The notes under the pieces were generated by a model, which saw only the letters and a list, made by a program, of their open reading frames with translations, made no database searches and was not told the DNA's origin. Source: a virus (lineage: Duplodnaviria; Heunggongvirae; Uroviricota; Caudoviricetes). Taken from it: DNA of 32,904 nucleotides. The position numbers and the translations under genes were made by a program. The DNA lies in the IMG/VR virus record IMGVR_UViG_2778261269_000003, positions 1 through 32,904 of that record, one strand, 5' to 3'. Shown here one piece after another: positions 7,966 through 17,537 of this stretch (position 1 is its first letter; every line of letters begins with the position of its first letter).

Positions 7966-8616
7966 ATGAGCAAGCCGGACTGGGAGGCCATCGAGACGGC
8001 GTACCGTGCCGGAGTGATGTCCCTCCGAGAAATAGCATCACAACACGGTATCAGCGAAGGCGCTATCCGTAAGCGTGCCAAGCGTGACGACTGGTCACGT
8101 GACCTGAATGCGAAGGTGAAAGAACGCGCTGACGATCTGGTACGCAAAGCTGAGGTACGCAAACAGGTACGCAGTGAAGTAACTTTTAACGAACGCGTAC
8201 TCATCGAGGCTACTGCTGAGGTAATCGCCAATGTCCGTATGGAGCATCGCGGCGACATTAAGCGAGCCCGGCAGATAACGAACGCCCTGTTTGATGAGTT
8301 GGGGGCAGAGTGCGCAGACGTGTCCGCACTGGAGAAGCTCGGAGAGTTGATGTTCGACCCCGACGACAAAGGTCAGGACAAGCTCAACGATCTGTATCAC
8401 AAAATAATCAGCCTGCCTTCCCGAGTTAAATCCATGAAAGACCTGAGCGACAGTCTCAAGACACTGATCGGCCTCGAACGTGAGGCTTATAGCATCGAGA
8501 ACAAGGCTGAAACGAAAGAGGTCACGCATAACGTCATGCTGGTACCAACCAGTGACAGCGTGGATGACTGGGAAGCGGCAGCACAGAAACAACAGGATGG
8601 GGTGCTCGATGGATGA
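7966..8616 (+). CDS. Terminase small subunit (HTH-containing)
   Basis: 216 aa with N-terminal HTH-like segment (MSLREIASQHGISEGAIRKRAKRDDW); directly upstream of and ATGA-coupled to terminase large subunit. Confidence 0.68.
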   Translation: MSKPDWEAIETAYRAGVMSLREIASQHGISEGAIRKRAKRDDWSRDLNAKVKERADDLVRKAEVRKQVRSEVTFNERVLIEATAEVIANVRMEHRGDIKRARQITNALFDELGAECADVSALEKLGELMFDPDDKGQDKLNDLYHKIISLPSRVKSMKDLSDSLKTLIGLEREAYSIENKAETKEVTHNVMLVPTSDSVDDWEAAAQKQQDGVLDG

Positions 8617-10175
8617 ATTACAAAGCTGTATGGAAGCCACTGCCTGGATCCCAGTCTCTGGCGCTGAGCTGTCCGTGTAACGAAATCCTGTTCGAGGGTA
8701 CTCGTGGCCCGGGAAAAACCGCTGCGCAGTTAGCCAGGTTCCGGCGTAACGTCGGCGTGGGCTATGGCTCATTCTGGCGCGGCGTCATCTTTGACACCGA
8801 ATATAAAAACCTTGCCGACATCATCACTCAGTCGAAGCGTATGTTTCGACTGTTCAACGATGGCGCGCGATATCTTTTGTCTGCGAGCGAATTGCGATGG
8901 GTATGGCCCACTGGCGAGGAACTTCTCTTCCGCTTCGGCAAACAGGCAGATGACTACTGGGATTTTCACGGTCAGGAATTCCCGTTTATCGGCTTTAACG
9001 AGCTGACGAAACAGCAGTCTCCAGAGTTCTACGAAATGATGTTCTCCTGTCGGCGTTCATCGTTCAGGCCGGAAAACTACCCGCTGGAGAATGGCAAGTT
9101 ACTAAGGCCAATCCCGCTGGAGACGTTCAGCACGACCAACCCGTTCGGCATCGGGCATACATGGGTGAAGAAACGCTTCATTGAGCCAGCACCACGCGGA
9201 ACCGTACAGCGTGACAGGCTGATGGTATTCAACCCCCAGACAGAGTGTGAGGAGGAAATCACGCTTACTCGCGTGGCAATTCACGGGTCCTATAAAGAGA
9301 ACCCGTATCTCGATCCGCAATACATCGCGACGCTGATGGCTATCAAAGACCCTAACCGCCGCAAAGCCTGGGTAGAGGGTTCTTGGGATGTAACCAGCGG
9401 TGGGCGCTTTGACCACCTGTGGAATGAAGCGCTGCACGTCATCAAGCCGTTCCGCATACCTGATAGCTGGACCGTCGACCGTTCCCATGACTGGGGCGAG
9501 TCGAAGCCGTTCTCTAACCTCTGGTGGGCGCAGGCTGATGGCACTGCCGCCGAACTGCCTGATGGTCGACAATTCTGCCCGCCGGCAGGGACGATAATCC
9601 TGATCGGCGAATGGTATGGCTGCCCGCCTGACGAGCTTAACAAAGGTCTGAATATGTCATCCACTAACGTCGCGAAAGGCGTGGCGTGGATTGATAAGCG
9701 ACTGGTTGGCGAAGACGTCGACGAGCCGGAAGAGATTCAAATCGACGGTATAACACAGGGACAACTGAACATTGTTCCGGGGATATGCTCGGAAGTTATT
9801 CCGGGGCCAGCGGATAGCGCCATTTTCAACACCGGCGACGATGAGTTATCCATCGGCCAGAAAATGGAAAATCAGGGTGTCGAATGGCTTGAAGCCAATA
9901 AGAAACCAGGCTCTCGAGTTAACGGCGCTTCGGTTTTCGCAGACATGCTTGAGGCAGTCGTTGAAGGCAAAAAGCTGGAATCCGGCATCCCGGAGAAGCC
10001 TGCCTTTTACGTGTTCGAACATTGCCGTGGCTGGATTAGCCGCATCCCAGTTCTGGTACGTGACAGCAAAAACCCTGATGACGTAGATACCCAGCAGGAA
10101 GATCACGACTGGGACGCCACCCGCTACCGTGTACTGCACTCTCCTCGCCGTTCTGGGGCGATATTCTTCACATAA
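8613..10175 (+). CDS. Terminase large subunit
   Basis: 520 aa with Walker A-like GTRGPGKT near N-terminus and acidic nuclease-type C-terminal half. Confidence 0.85.
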   Translation: MNYKAVWKPLPGSQSLALSCPCNEILFEGTRGPGKTAAQLARFRRNVGVGYGSFWRGVIFDTEYKNLADIITQSKRMFRLFNDGARYLLSASELRWVWPTGEELLFRFGKQADDYWDFHGQEFPFIGFNELTKQQSPEFYEMMFSCRRSSFRPENYPLENGKLLRPIPLETFSTTNPFGIGHTWVKKRFIEPAPRGTVQRDRLMVFNPQTECEEEITLTRVAIHGSYKENPYLDPQYIATLMAIKDPNRRKAWVEGSWDVTSGGRFDHLWNEALHVIKPFRIPDSWTVDRSHDWGESKPFSNLWWAQADGTAAELPDGRQFCPPAGTIILIGEWYGCPPDELNKGLNMSSTNVAKGVAWIDKRLVGEDVDEPEEIQIDGITQGQLNIVPGICSEVIPGPADSAIFNTGDDELSIGQKMENQGVEWLEANKKPGSRVNGASVFADMLEAVVEGKKLESGIPEKPAFYVFEHCRGWISRIPVLVRDSKNPDDVDTQQEDHDWDATRYRVLHSPRRSGAIFFT

Positions 10176-10185
10176 GGACAACTCA

Positions 10186-11661
10186 GTGAGTAACGATACA
10201 GAAATGCAAGTCCTCGCTGGGCTCATTGTGAACAGCCTCAACGAGGTCTCGAGATCACGTCAGCTTTATGCGGCTGGCTTCAACAAATCAGGTAACACCA
10301 AGCGGCACCATCTGTGGTGTGAATTTGGCTACCCTGAGCGTCTCGACTTTGACCACTTCTACAACATGTACGAGCGTAATGGCGCTGCGTTCGGCGCGGT
10401 TCATAAACTGCTGGATGCATGTTGGTCTGATAGTCCAGTAATCGTGGATGGCGACGAAACCAAAAAGGCCAAAAAGACCACGCCTTGGGAAAAGAAAGTC
10501 ACCAAGCTCATGAAGAAGTACTGGGCAAAAGTGAAAGATGCCGATCGACGGAATCTTGTCGGGCACTATTCCGCTCTCATCCTGCAGTTTGCAGACAGTC
10601 GGGAATGGTATGAACCAGTAAATCGTGACGTAATGCGTAATTCCCGTGAGCGCGGCCTGGTAAAGATGATTCCTGCATGGGAATCGCAGGTGAAACCGGG
10701 GGAGTTAGAGCAGGATCAGAAGTCTCCTGATTACGCCATGCCGAAGTTCTATTACTTCCAAGAGCAGCCTGTCGGGGATAACGGCAACATTGTCGGACCG
10801 ATGCGCTCCATCAAAATCCACCCTGAACGCATCATCATGTTTTGCGAGGGGTCAGAAGACGAATCATCCCTGGCTGGCATTCCTTTCTTGCGGGCAGGCT
10901 ATAACGACCTGCTGGATATGGCTAAAACCTCCGGCGGCAGCGCTGAAGGATTCCTGAAAAATGCCAGCAGGCAGCTCGGCATTAACATGTCGAAAGACAC
11001 CAAGATTGAAAAAATCATGGAGGATGCCAAGAAAGCCGGATATTCAGGGCTGGCTGAGGCGCTAAACGCCGCTATACAGAAGTTGAACTCTGGTACTGAT
11101 TCGGCGCTGGTTACGCAGGACGGAGAGGCGAAGGTGCTTTCTGTGGCCGCTGCCGATCCGAGTCCAACATGGACAGTGTCAGCTAATCAGTTCTCATCTT
11201 CAGTTCAATTGCCTTTCACCATCCTGTTTGGTCAGCAGACAGGAAGGCTTGCGTCAGATCAGGACAAAAACGACTTTGCCAAGCGCTGCAATAGTCGCCG
11301 CAATGGGTTCCAGACCGACCGGGCGAGTGCAGTTATAGAGCGACTTTGGACGGTGGAAGTTATCGAACCACCTAAATCTGGCGAAATCACGTTAACCTGG
11401 TCCGATCTACTCGCGCCAAGCGAGAAAGAGAAGATTGCCAACATGAAGGAAATGGCTGCGGTCGCGAAGGATACTCAGCAAGCCTATGGCACACCTGCTG
11501 TTGATGAGAACGAGGTCAGGGAGGCTGGAGAACTTGAGCCGCGTGAGGATGTTAAAACACCTGACCCAAATAAAAAGGTAACGACCGATGATCCTCTTTC
11601 CGATGACACTGGAGCAAAAGACGAAAGTAGGGACACCGGTAGTTCCGCGCAGCAAGGTTGA
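10186..11661 (+). CDS. Portal protein
   Basis: About 490 aa following terL; GTG 10186 with AAGGA RBS (alternative ATG 10204); acidic C-terminal tail. Confidence 0.72.
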   Translation: MSNDTEMQVLAGLIVNSLNEVSRSRQLYAAGFNKSGNTKRHHLWCEFGYPERLDFDHFYNMYERNGAAFGAVHKLLDACWSDSPVIVDGDETKKAKKTTPWEKKVTKLMKKYWAKVKDADRRNLVGHYSALILQFADSREWYEPVNRDVMRNSRERGLVKMIPAWESQVKPGELEQDQKSPDYAMPKFYYFQEQPVGDNGNIVGPMRSIKIHPERIIMFCEGSEDESSLAGIPFLRAGYNDLLDMAKTSGGSAEGFLKNASRQLGINMSKDTKIEKIMEDAKKAGYSGLAEALNAAIQKLNSGTDSALVTQDGEAKVLSVAAADPSPTWTVSANQFSSSVQLPFTILFGQQTGRLASDQDKNDFAKRCNSRRNGFQTDRASAVIERLWTVEVIEPPKSGEITLTWSDLLAPSEKEKIANMKEMAAVAKDTQQAYGTPAVDENEVREAGELEPREDVKTPDPNKKVTTDDPLSDDTGAKDESRDTGSSAQQG

Positions 11662-11692
11662 CCCGACGCGATCGGCAAAACAGGTCACCGCG

Positions 11693-12586
11693 ATGTTTCG
11701 GGATATCGAGGACCGGTATCTCGGCATCAAGCATGCACTGAAAGCTCAATTCGACCAGCGTCTGATCGGGCGGGAGCGTGAGGTAAACAGCCATAACTGG
11801 CACTTCCTCTGCCACGACCACGGCGAGGATATGCGGCTCTACCAGGTCAACGCCGGCAAGTTCATCTACGACATGTCGGCGCAGGAGCTGGCTGACCTGC
11901 TGGAAGCTGTGCAGGGCATTCTCGACGATTACCTGCTGGATGGTGGCGAGCAAAACCTCTGGGCTATGGATTACGTCGTCGCAGAGGCGCAGCGAGGCAC
12001 ACTGGAGGCATTCAACAACCTCTCTCAGCAGTCACAGGTGTACGCCAGCCAGACGACGCTACAGCAGCTTTTAAGCAGCCCTGGTTATCTGAACCAGATA
12101 GCGGCGGCCAGGCTGACAACGTTCAGTGACTGGAAGGTCATCAGCGATACGGCCCGCGGCGACCTGACCAACATCATCACCGATGCGGTAGCGCGCGGAG
12201 TGAATCCTCGCGAAACGGCCAGCGTCATCAGCAAGCGTCTCGATGTGTCCATGTCGAAGGCAAAGACTATCGCTCAAACTGAACAGGTCGGCGCGCTACG
12301 GCAGGCGCAATGGAATGAAACGGACTGGGCTGCTGACCGGTTGGGGCTGAATACCGGACTGCTGTGGTTGTCGGCACTCAAGCCAACAACGCGAACCTGG
12401 CACGCCAGCCGCCACGGCAAGGTCTACACCACTGAAGAGGTGCGGGACTTCTACGCCGAGAACGGCAACCGGTACAACTGCTACTGCAGCCAGATTCCGG
12501 CCCTGCTCAATGACGACGGCAGCATCTTCAATGAAGGGCTGGCTGAGAAGCTGGCGAAAGAGAGAAAGGCCTGGGCGTCAGGTTGA
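11693..12586 (+). CDS. Head morphogenesis protein (Mu F / SPP1 gp7-like)
   Basis: Position after portal, size and C-terminal Cys-containing region (NRYNCYCSQIP); start uncertain (11588, 11603 or 11693 all in frame). Confidence 0.6.
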   Translation: MFRDIEDRYLGIKHALKAQFDQRLIGREREVNSHNWHFLCHDHGEDMRLYQVNAGKFIYDMSAQELADLLEAVQGILDDYLLDGGEQNLWAMDYVVAEAQRGTLEAFNNLSQQSQVYASQTTLQQLLSSPGYLNQIAAARLTTFSDWKVISDTARGDLTNIITDAVARGVNPRETASVISKRLDVSMSKAKTIAQTEQVGALRQAQWNETDWAADRLGLNTGLLWLSALKPTTRTWHASRHGKVYTTEEVRDFYAENGNRYNCYCSQIPALLNDDGSIFNEGLAEKLAKERKAWASG

Positions 12587-12590
12587 TTCA

Positions 12591-12779
12591 TCAACCAAAT
12601 TCAACGACCTCATTAACTACAACCGTTAAATCATCGAATGTAGGCTTGGCGAATTGTAGGGCATGGTTCATGCAAAAAAGCATTGCGTCCTCACCCTTTG
12701 GATCGAGATATCCATCGTAATCAACGAAGATATCGTAGGATTGCCGGTTGATTGTGTAGTTAATTTTATACTTTTTCAT
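12591..12779 (-). CDS. Small hypothetical protein on the opposite strand (moron candidate)
   Basis: 62 aa ORF, ATG with AAGG RBS about 10 nt upstream, AT-rich relative to neighbours, convergent with head morphogenesis gene. Confidence 0.45.
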   Translation of the reverse strand: MKKYKINYTINRQSYDIFVDYDGYLDPKGEDAMLFCMNHALQFAKPTFDDLTVVVNEVVEFG

Positions 12780-12844
12780 TTTCTAATCGCCTTAATTACC
12801 TTCGAAGCATTTGAAATTTCAACATAGCATGAAGAGGACCCAGC

Positions 12845-14233
12845 ATGAAACGCAACCGCGTTAACGTGCTGACCGTCGTCAACTCCGCTTCAAACATCAC
12901 CACTGAAACCATCGACGGCAAGCCACATATCGTGGTTCGCGGCATCACGCCTGTCGTGGACGATATCGTGATGAACCGGAAGTTGTACCCGGCAGCAGAA
13001 ATCGAAAAGGCCTACAACACGCTTGAGCGTAACCCGATGCCGCTGGGCCACCCGAAGGTGGACGGCAAGCACGTGTCGGCGCGAGATGTCCGGGCAGTGA
13101 ATGAGTACCACGTCGGTGCCTGGCTGCAGAACGTCAGCCACAAGGACGGGAAGGTGACGGGCGATATGTACGTTAACCGCCAGTACGCCGAGTCCAGCGA
13201 GAAGGGCAAGCGCCTGATTAACCGTCTGGATGAGATGCTAGAGGGTACCAACTCCGACCCGATCCACATCTCCACCGGCCTGCTGTATTCCGGAATCGCC
13301 GCCAACGGCGAGTCGAAGGGCAAGAAGTACAACGAGATCGCCACCAACATGATGTTTGACCATGTGGCGGTGCTGCTCGATGAGCCAGGCGCAGGTACGC
13401 CGGAGGAGGGCGTGGGCATCTTCGTTAACTCAGAAGGTGATGAGCAACAGATTGAAGTTGCCCGTCTGGCTGACGGAATCGACTGCACCCGCGACGGCCT
13501 GCTCAACAAGACCAAATTCTTCTTCACCAACGCCTCCAACTTCTCTTTCGACGACATCTCCCGGGCTATCAGCGACAAGCTGCGCGAGGGTGACACCGAA
13601 GATAAGTGGCTTTGGCCTGAAACGGTGTGGCCGGACAGCTTCATCTACCGCGATGACACCAAATACCTGAAACAGAAGTACCTCATCGATGAGGGCGGCA
13701 AGGCCGTGTTCGTCGGCGAACCTGTAGAAGTCGTGCGCAAACCCACTGAGTACGAGATTAAAACCAACGGAGAGAATGATCCGATGAAAGAACTGATTAT
13801 CAATGCGCTGCAAGCCGCTGGTAAGCCGACCGAAGGCAAGTCCGACGCCGAGCTGATGGACGCATACAACCAGATGAAGGCCGACGAAGCCACCGCCAAG
13901 AAAAAAGGCGATGAAGAAATCGACCCTGAAACCGGCAAGCCCAAGAAAAAAGAGCAGGCCACCAATAACGAAGAGATGCCAGCCTGGGCGCAGAAACTCG
14001 CCGATCGCGTGGACGTCGTTTTCAACAGCCTGAACGCGAACGCCGATAAAGAGAAAGGCGAAAAGCGCGCAGCTGTGAAGCTGGCGATGAACATGAGCGA
14101 TGAAGAAGTCGCGGATCTGGACGGTAAGGCGCTCGACGCTATGTACGCCAAGTGTCAGACATCTTTCGGCCTGAACGGTGCGTTCCGCAACCAGGCTACC
14201 AACACCCAATCAGTCAGCGAAATGCCGGAGTAA
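12845..14233 (+). CDS. Putative prohead protease / scaffolding fusion protein (DUF2213-like)
   Basis: 462 aa between head morphogenesis and capsid genes; GAAGAGG RBS; C-terminal third is K/E-rich coiled coil typical of scaffolds. Confidence 0.55.
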   Translation: MKRNRVNVLTVVNSASNITTETIDGKPHIVVRGITPVVDDIVMNRKLYPAAEIEKAYNTLERNPMPLGHPKVDGKHVSARDVRAVNEYHVGAWLQNVSHKDGKVTGDMYVNRQYAESSEKGKRLINRLDEMLEGTNSDPIHISTGLLYSGIAANGESKGKKYNEIATNMMFDHVAVLLDEPGAGTPEEGVGIFVNSEGDEQQIEVARLADGIDCTRDGLLNKTKFFFTNASNFSFDDISRAISDKLREGDTEDKWLWPETVWPDSFIYRDDTKYLKQKYLIDEGGKAVFVGEPVEVVRKPTEYEIKTNGENDPMKELIINALQAAGKPTEGKSDAELMDAYNQMKADEATAKKKGDEEIDPETGKPKKKEQATNNEEMPAWAQKLADRVDVVFNSLNANADKEKGEKRAAVKLAMNMSDEEVADLDGKALDAMYAKCQTSFGLNGAFRNQATNTQSVSEMPE

Positions 14234-14236
14234 AAA

Positions 14237-14665
14237 ATGGCTAAAGACGGAAAACACGTAATTCACGCCGGTGGCATATTCCCTAACCCGCTGCTCAACC
14301 GTGAAGGCCGCGCCACCGCGGTCAAACCCGGCACCCTGGGCTTCTTCGATGCTGGCGTCTTCAAGGCGTCGGTAGATGGTAGCGAGACAGCGATTATCTA
14401 TGTCGCTGACTTCGATTATCTGCGCTGCAAAACGGTGGACGACACCTTTGCAGTAGATGATCTGTTGGTTGGCATCCATCCCTTGCCTGGCATGTTCCTG
14501 AACGTACGTGCTGCTGCCGGGACCTATAAAAAAGGCGACGCTCTCTCAATCGTCAACGGCCAGGTGAAGAAGTGGTCCACTGGCGAATCAGATCGCTGCT
14601 ATTGCGACGAAGAGCGCTCAATCACCGCCGCTGCTGGCGATCTCATTCGCGTAGTGATTAAGTAA
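14237..14665 (+). CDS. Putative head decoration-like structural protein (DUF2190-like)
   Basis: 142 aa gene between protease/scaffold and major capsid; GGAG RBS. Confidence 0.5.
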   Translation: MAKDGKHVIHAGGIFPNPLLNREGRATAVKPGTLGFFDAGVFKASVDGSETAIIYVADFDYLRCKTVDDTFAVDDLLVGIHPLPGMFLNVRAAAGTYKKGDALSIVNGQVKKWSTGESDRCYCDEERSITAAAGDLIRVVIK

Positions 14666-14676
14666 GGAGTCACTGA

Positions 14677-15771
14677 ATGCTTGTTTATTCTAAATCGCTG
14701 GGCGAAAAGACCGGCAACCTGGCCGTGAACCAGTACCAGTTTGGTATGCTGACACAGGAGCGTAATGCCGCACTGAACCATCAGGGCGTTAACGTCATGC
14801 AGGAAATGGCTGATCGCATTAATGCTATTAACCAGTTGAATGGCATCAACGCCGTGCGCTCACCTGCTGACCTGTACAAGGCCTTTGACCAGACCGTGCT
14901 GCGTCAATTCCAGCCGAACACTGAGTTCACACTGTTTAATGACCTGATGCCGCTGTCTCGTTCGGTACGCATCAATCAGACCGTGTACGAATACGCTAAG
15001 TCTGGCGGCCGCATGTGGGCCCACACCTCCATGTCTGGTCAGATTGGCGCGGCGCTGGATGCTGTGCAGTACCAGTACGACGGAACGATGGTTCCGGTGC
15101 ACGATACCGGCTTCAAGTTCCACTGGCGTGAGCCGCGCCTGAACAACCCGGACGCGTTCGACATCATCTCTGATGCTCAGTTCGAGTCCACCAACGAAGT
15201 TCGCCGCCAGTACGTGGATTACATCTACAACGGTTACCGCGACGCGGAAGGCAATTACATCAAGTTCGACGAGAAGACCTGGAAGGGCCTGAAGAACGAC
15301 GAGCGTGTGGCGATGGTTGACCTTGGCGCATCTGGCCTGAATATCGACTTCACCAGCGCGTCGGCGACCGCTGAGCAGATCCGCAATGCGGCAATCAAGC
15401 TGCGCGACACGCTCAAACTGACCAACAACCAGTACGCCGAGCAGACCTGGTATGTGTCGAGCGCCATCATTTCTAACCTTGAGCGCTACTTCAGCGACAA
15501 CTACCAGTCTGACACCATCTTGCAGGAGCTTCTGAAGTTGTCCGGTATTTCCGCGATTAAAGAAGATGCTCAACTGACCGGCAACCAGATCCTGATCGTT
15601 CCGCTGACTGCTGGTGTGATTGCACCGATTGTAGGCCAGGCGTTTGGCACCGTTGCCGATCCGCGTCCTTTCTACAATAGCGATTACATCTGGCGCACCT
15701 GGGGCGCGGCTGGCCTGATGGTTAAGACCGACATCAACAGCAAGAAATCTGTCATCTACGCACACAGCTAA
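14677..15771 (+). CDS. Major capsid protein
   Basis: 364 aa, AAGGAG RBS, position after scaffold and decoration genes; resembles lambda-E-like capsid family by eye. Confidence 0.78.
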   Translation: MLVYSKSLGEKTGNLAVNQYQFGMLTQERNAALNHQGVNVMQEMADRINAINQLNGINAVRSPADLYKAFDQTVLRQFQPNTEFTLFNDLMPLSRSVRINQTVYEYAKSGGRMWAHTSMSGQIGAALDAVQYQYDGTMVPVHDTGFKFHWREPRLNNPDAFDIISDAQFESTNEVRRQYVDYIYNGYRDAEGNYIKFDEKTWKGLKNDERVAMVDLGASGLNIDFTSASATAEQIRNAAIKLRDTLKLTNNQYAEQTWYVSSAIISNLERYFSDNYQSDTILQELLKLSGISAIKEDAQLTGNQILIVPLTAGVIAPIVGQAFGTVADPRPFYNSDYIWRTWGAAGLMVKTDINSKKSVIYAHS

Positions 15772-15780
15772 GGGGTAAAC

Positions 15781-16158
15781 ATGGCACTGGTAGAAATCAT
15801 TACAGACAATCTGTATGCCGGTGCCAACCTCCGCAAACTGGAGGTTGGTGCGGTTGTTGAGGTGGACGATGCAACAGCAGCGCGCTGGAAAGCGACCGGT
15901 AAAGCGAAAGACACTGACAAAAAGAAGGGTGAAAAACTCTTCGGCGAGTCAGTACCGGCAGCATCACAGCATAGCGATTTGCTCGAGCAGCTGACGGCGG
16001 TGACGAAGGAGCGTGATGAATCTCTGGAGCAGGTGGCTAAACTCACTGACCAGGCTGCAGCTGAAAAAGCCACATTCGATGAGCAGCTGGCGGCGGTGAC
16101 GAAGCGCGCTGAAGAGGCTGAAGCCGCCTTGGCTGAAGCTACCAAGAAGGCGAAATAA
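15781..16158 (+). CDS. Hypothetical coiled-coil structural protein with internal repeat
   Basis: 125 aa; repeats EQLTAVTKER / EQLAAVTKRAE encoded by near-identical 24-nt stretches at 15976-16006 and 16081-16110. Confidence 0.5.
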   Translation: MALVEIITDNLYAGANLRKLEVGAVVEVDDATAARWKATGKAKDTDKKKGEKLFGESVPAASQHSDLLEQLTAVTKERDESLEQVAKLTDQAAAEKATFDEQLAAVTKRAEEAEAALAEATKKAK

Positions 16159-16160
16159 CC

Positions 16161-16541
16161 ATGGCTGACCCAATCACAGCGGCAGACGTGCAGTCGTTCC
16201 TCGGTGAATTGGGTTACTCCATCCCGGGCGCGCTGCTGGAGCCGATCCTCTGCGTGGTGAATAAGATTATCCCTTGCCTCGATGGCGCTGGGTATGACGA
16301 CTGCACCGCGAAGCTGATCCTGATGTATGCCGCCGCGCTTATGGCTACGTCGTCCGGCGCTCGCCGCATCAAATCGCAGGGTGCGCCGTCTGGCGCGTCC
16401 CGCTCGTTTGAATATGGCGACGACAGCATTACCTGGCTGCGCGACTCGCTGGCGAAACTCGATACCAGCGGCTGCACCAATGAGCTACCAATCAGCGCCG
16501 GTAACAGTGTGGGCCTGTTCATGGTGGTTGGAGGCTGCTGA
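16161..16541 (+). CDS. Putative head-tail connector / adaptor protein
   Basis: 126 aa ORF immediately after the capsid-associated gene; assignment by position only. Confidence 0.4.
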   Translation: MADPITAADVQSFLGELGYSIPGALLEPILCVVNKIIPCLDGAGYDDCTAKLILMYAAALMATSSGARRIKSQGAPSGASRSFEYGDDSITWLRDSLAKLDTSGCTNELPISAGNSVGLFMVVGGC

Positions 16542-16714
16542 TGTCGTGGATATCCGTTAGCGTCAGGCTTCCGCGCTCGTTCACGCGCGTATGGGTGATG
16601 ACCGACACCGGGCGGGAGACAACTGGCTACGTTAAATCGGACGGTGAGTGGTTCATCAATTGCCCGCGCATCCGGGCGATTGGTGCCGTGGTACTGCGCT
16701 GGAAGGAGGGCTGA
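16541..16714 (+). CDS. Small phage protein (tentatively DUF551-like)
   Basis: 57 aa ORF ATGA-coupled at both ends (16541 and 16714); translation MSWISVSVRLPRSFTRVWVMTDTG...GEWFINCP; not in the ORF track because under 60 aa. Confidence 0.35.
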   Translation: MSWISVSVRLPRSFTRVWVMTDTGRETTGYVKSDGEWFINCPRIRAIGAVVLRWKEG

Positions 16715-17070
16715 TGTCGTCTACTGCTTCATGGTCCTACAACAAGCCATGCACGATATGGCGTAAGGGGGCGGGCGGTAATGATGAGTTTGGCGATCCT
16801 GTCGAACCATATGAACCGCCTGAAACCATCATGTGCGACTACATCGGCGGCCTGTCTGCAAAGCTCGGCTCCATCGGTAAAGAGGTTGTAGTAAAAAACA
16901 CCTTCTTCACAGCTTACGCTCTGGCGGATGAGGGCGATTACATCCTGATTGGTGTTAGCGCTGAGCTGGACCCGGTCGTGGCCGGTGCCGATGAGGTGCG
17001 CCACGTTACCCGCTGGAACGACACGCTCGACGGCCTGGAAGATGACTGGGCGATAATTACGGGAGTGTAG
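16714..17070 (+). CDS. Putative head closure / head-tail joining protein
   Basis: ATG 16714 preceded by AAGGAGG; 118 aa; position between connector and tail completion genes. Confidence 0.45.
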   Translation: MSSTASWSYNKPCTIWRKGAGGNDEFGDPVEPYEPPETIMCDYIGGLSAKLGSIGKEVVVKNTFFTAYALADEGDYILIGVSAELDPVVAGADEVRHVTRWNDTLDGLEDDWAIITGV

Positions 17071-17072
17071 CC

Positions 17073-17537
17073 ATGGGCATAAAAGTGAAGGGCGTCAGCC
17101 AGGCGAAGAAGCATCTGAACGATGTCATCAACGACGTTAAGGGGCGCAAGGTAATTCGCGCGCTGCAGTCCGCGATGATTCTTATCGGTGCGCGGGCGGC
17201 CTATTACACCCCGATCGACACCTCTACCTTGGTTAACAGCCAGTTCCGTGAAATCGACGCTGGCGGGGTTCTCATCACCGGGCGCATCGGTTACTCAGCC
17301 AACTATGCCGCGTACGTGCACGAAGCGTCAGGCAAGCTGAAAGGCCAGCCGCGCGCGCACTTTGGCGTGACCAGTAATCGCTCATCAGTTGGACCGCAGA
17401 AACCGAAAGAGTTCGGCGGCGGTATCGGGACAGGTAACTACTGGGACCCGCATGGTGAACCACAATTCCTGACCAAAGGCGCGAATGATGAGCGCGATAA
17501 CGTTGACGCGGTGATGCGCAAGGAGCTTTCGTTATGA
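17073..17537 (+). CDS. Tail completion protein (HK97 gp10-like)
   Basis: 154 aa; position and size match gp10-type tail component. Confidence 0.5.
   Translation: MGIKVKGVSQAKKHLNDVINDVKGRKVIRALQSAMILIGARAAYYTPIDTSTLVNSQFREIDAGGVLITGRIGYSANYAAYVHEASGKLKGQPRAHFGVTSNRSSVGPQKPKEFGGGIGTGNYWDPHGEPQFLTKGANDERDNVDAVMRKELSL

Noticed and set aside
8095-8772. 225-aa minus-strand ORF overlapping the terminase small/large subunit genes
   Set aside because: Entirely antisense to well-supported + strand genes; no RBS context noted; typical shadow ORF.
13430-14209. 259-aa minus-strand ORF (with overlapping 210-aa and 168-aa minus ORFs) antisense to the protease/scaffold gene
   Set aside because: Antisense shadow of a GC-biased coding region; composition unprotein-like (runs of G/V/L/F); the sense gene fits the morphogenesis module.
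14860-15765. 301-aa minus-strand ORF inside the major capsid gene
   Set aside because: Fully contained antisense to the capsid gene, Arg/Val/Leu-rich composition typical of a reverse-frame artefact.
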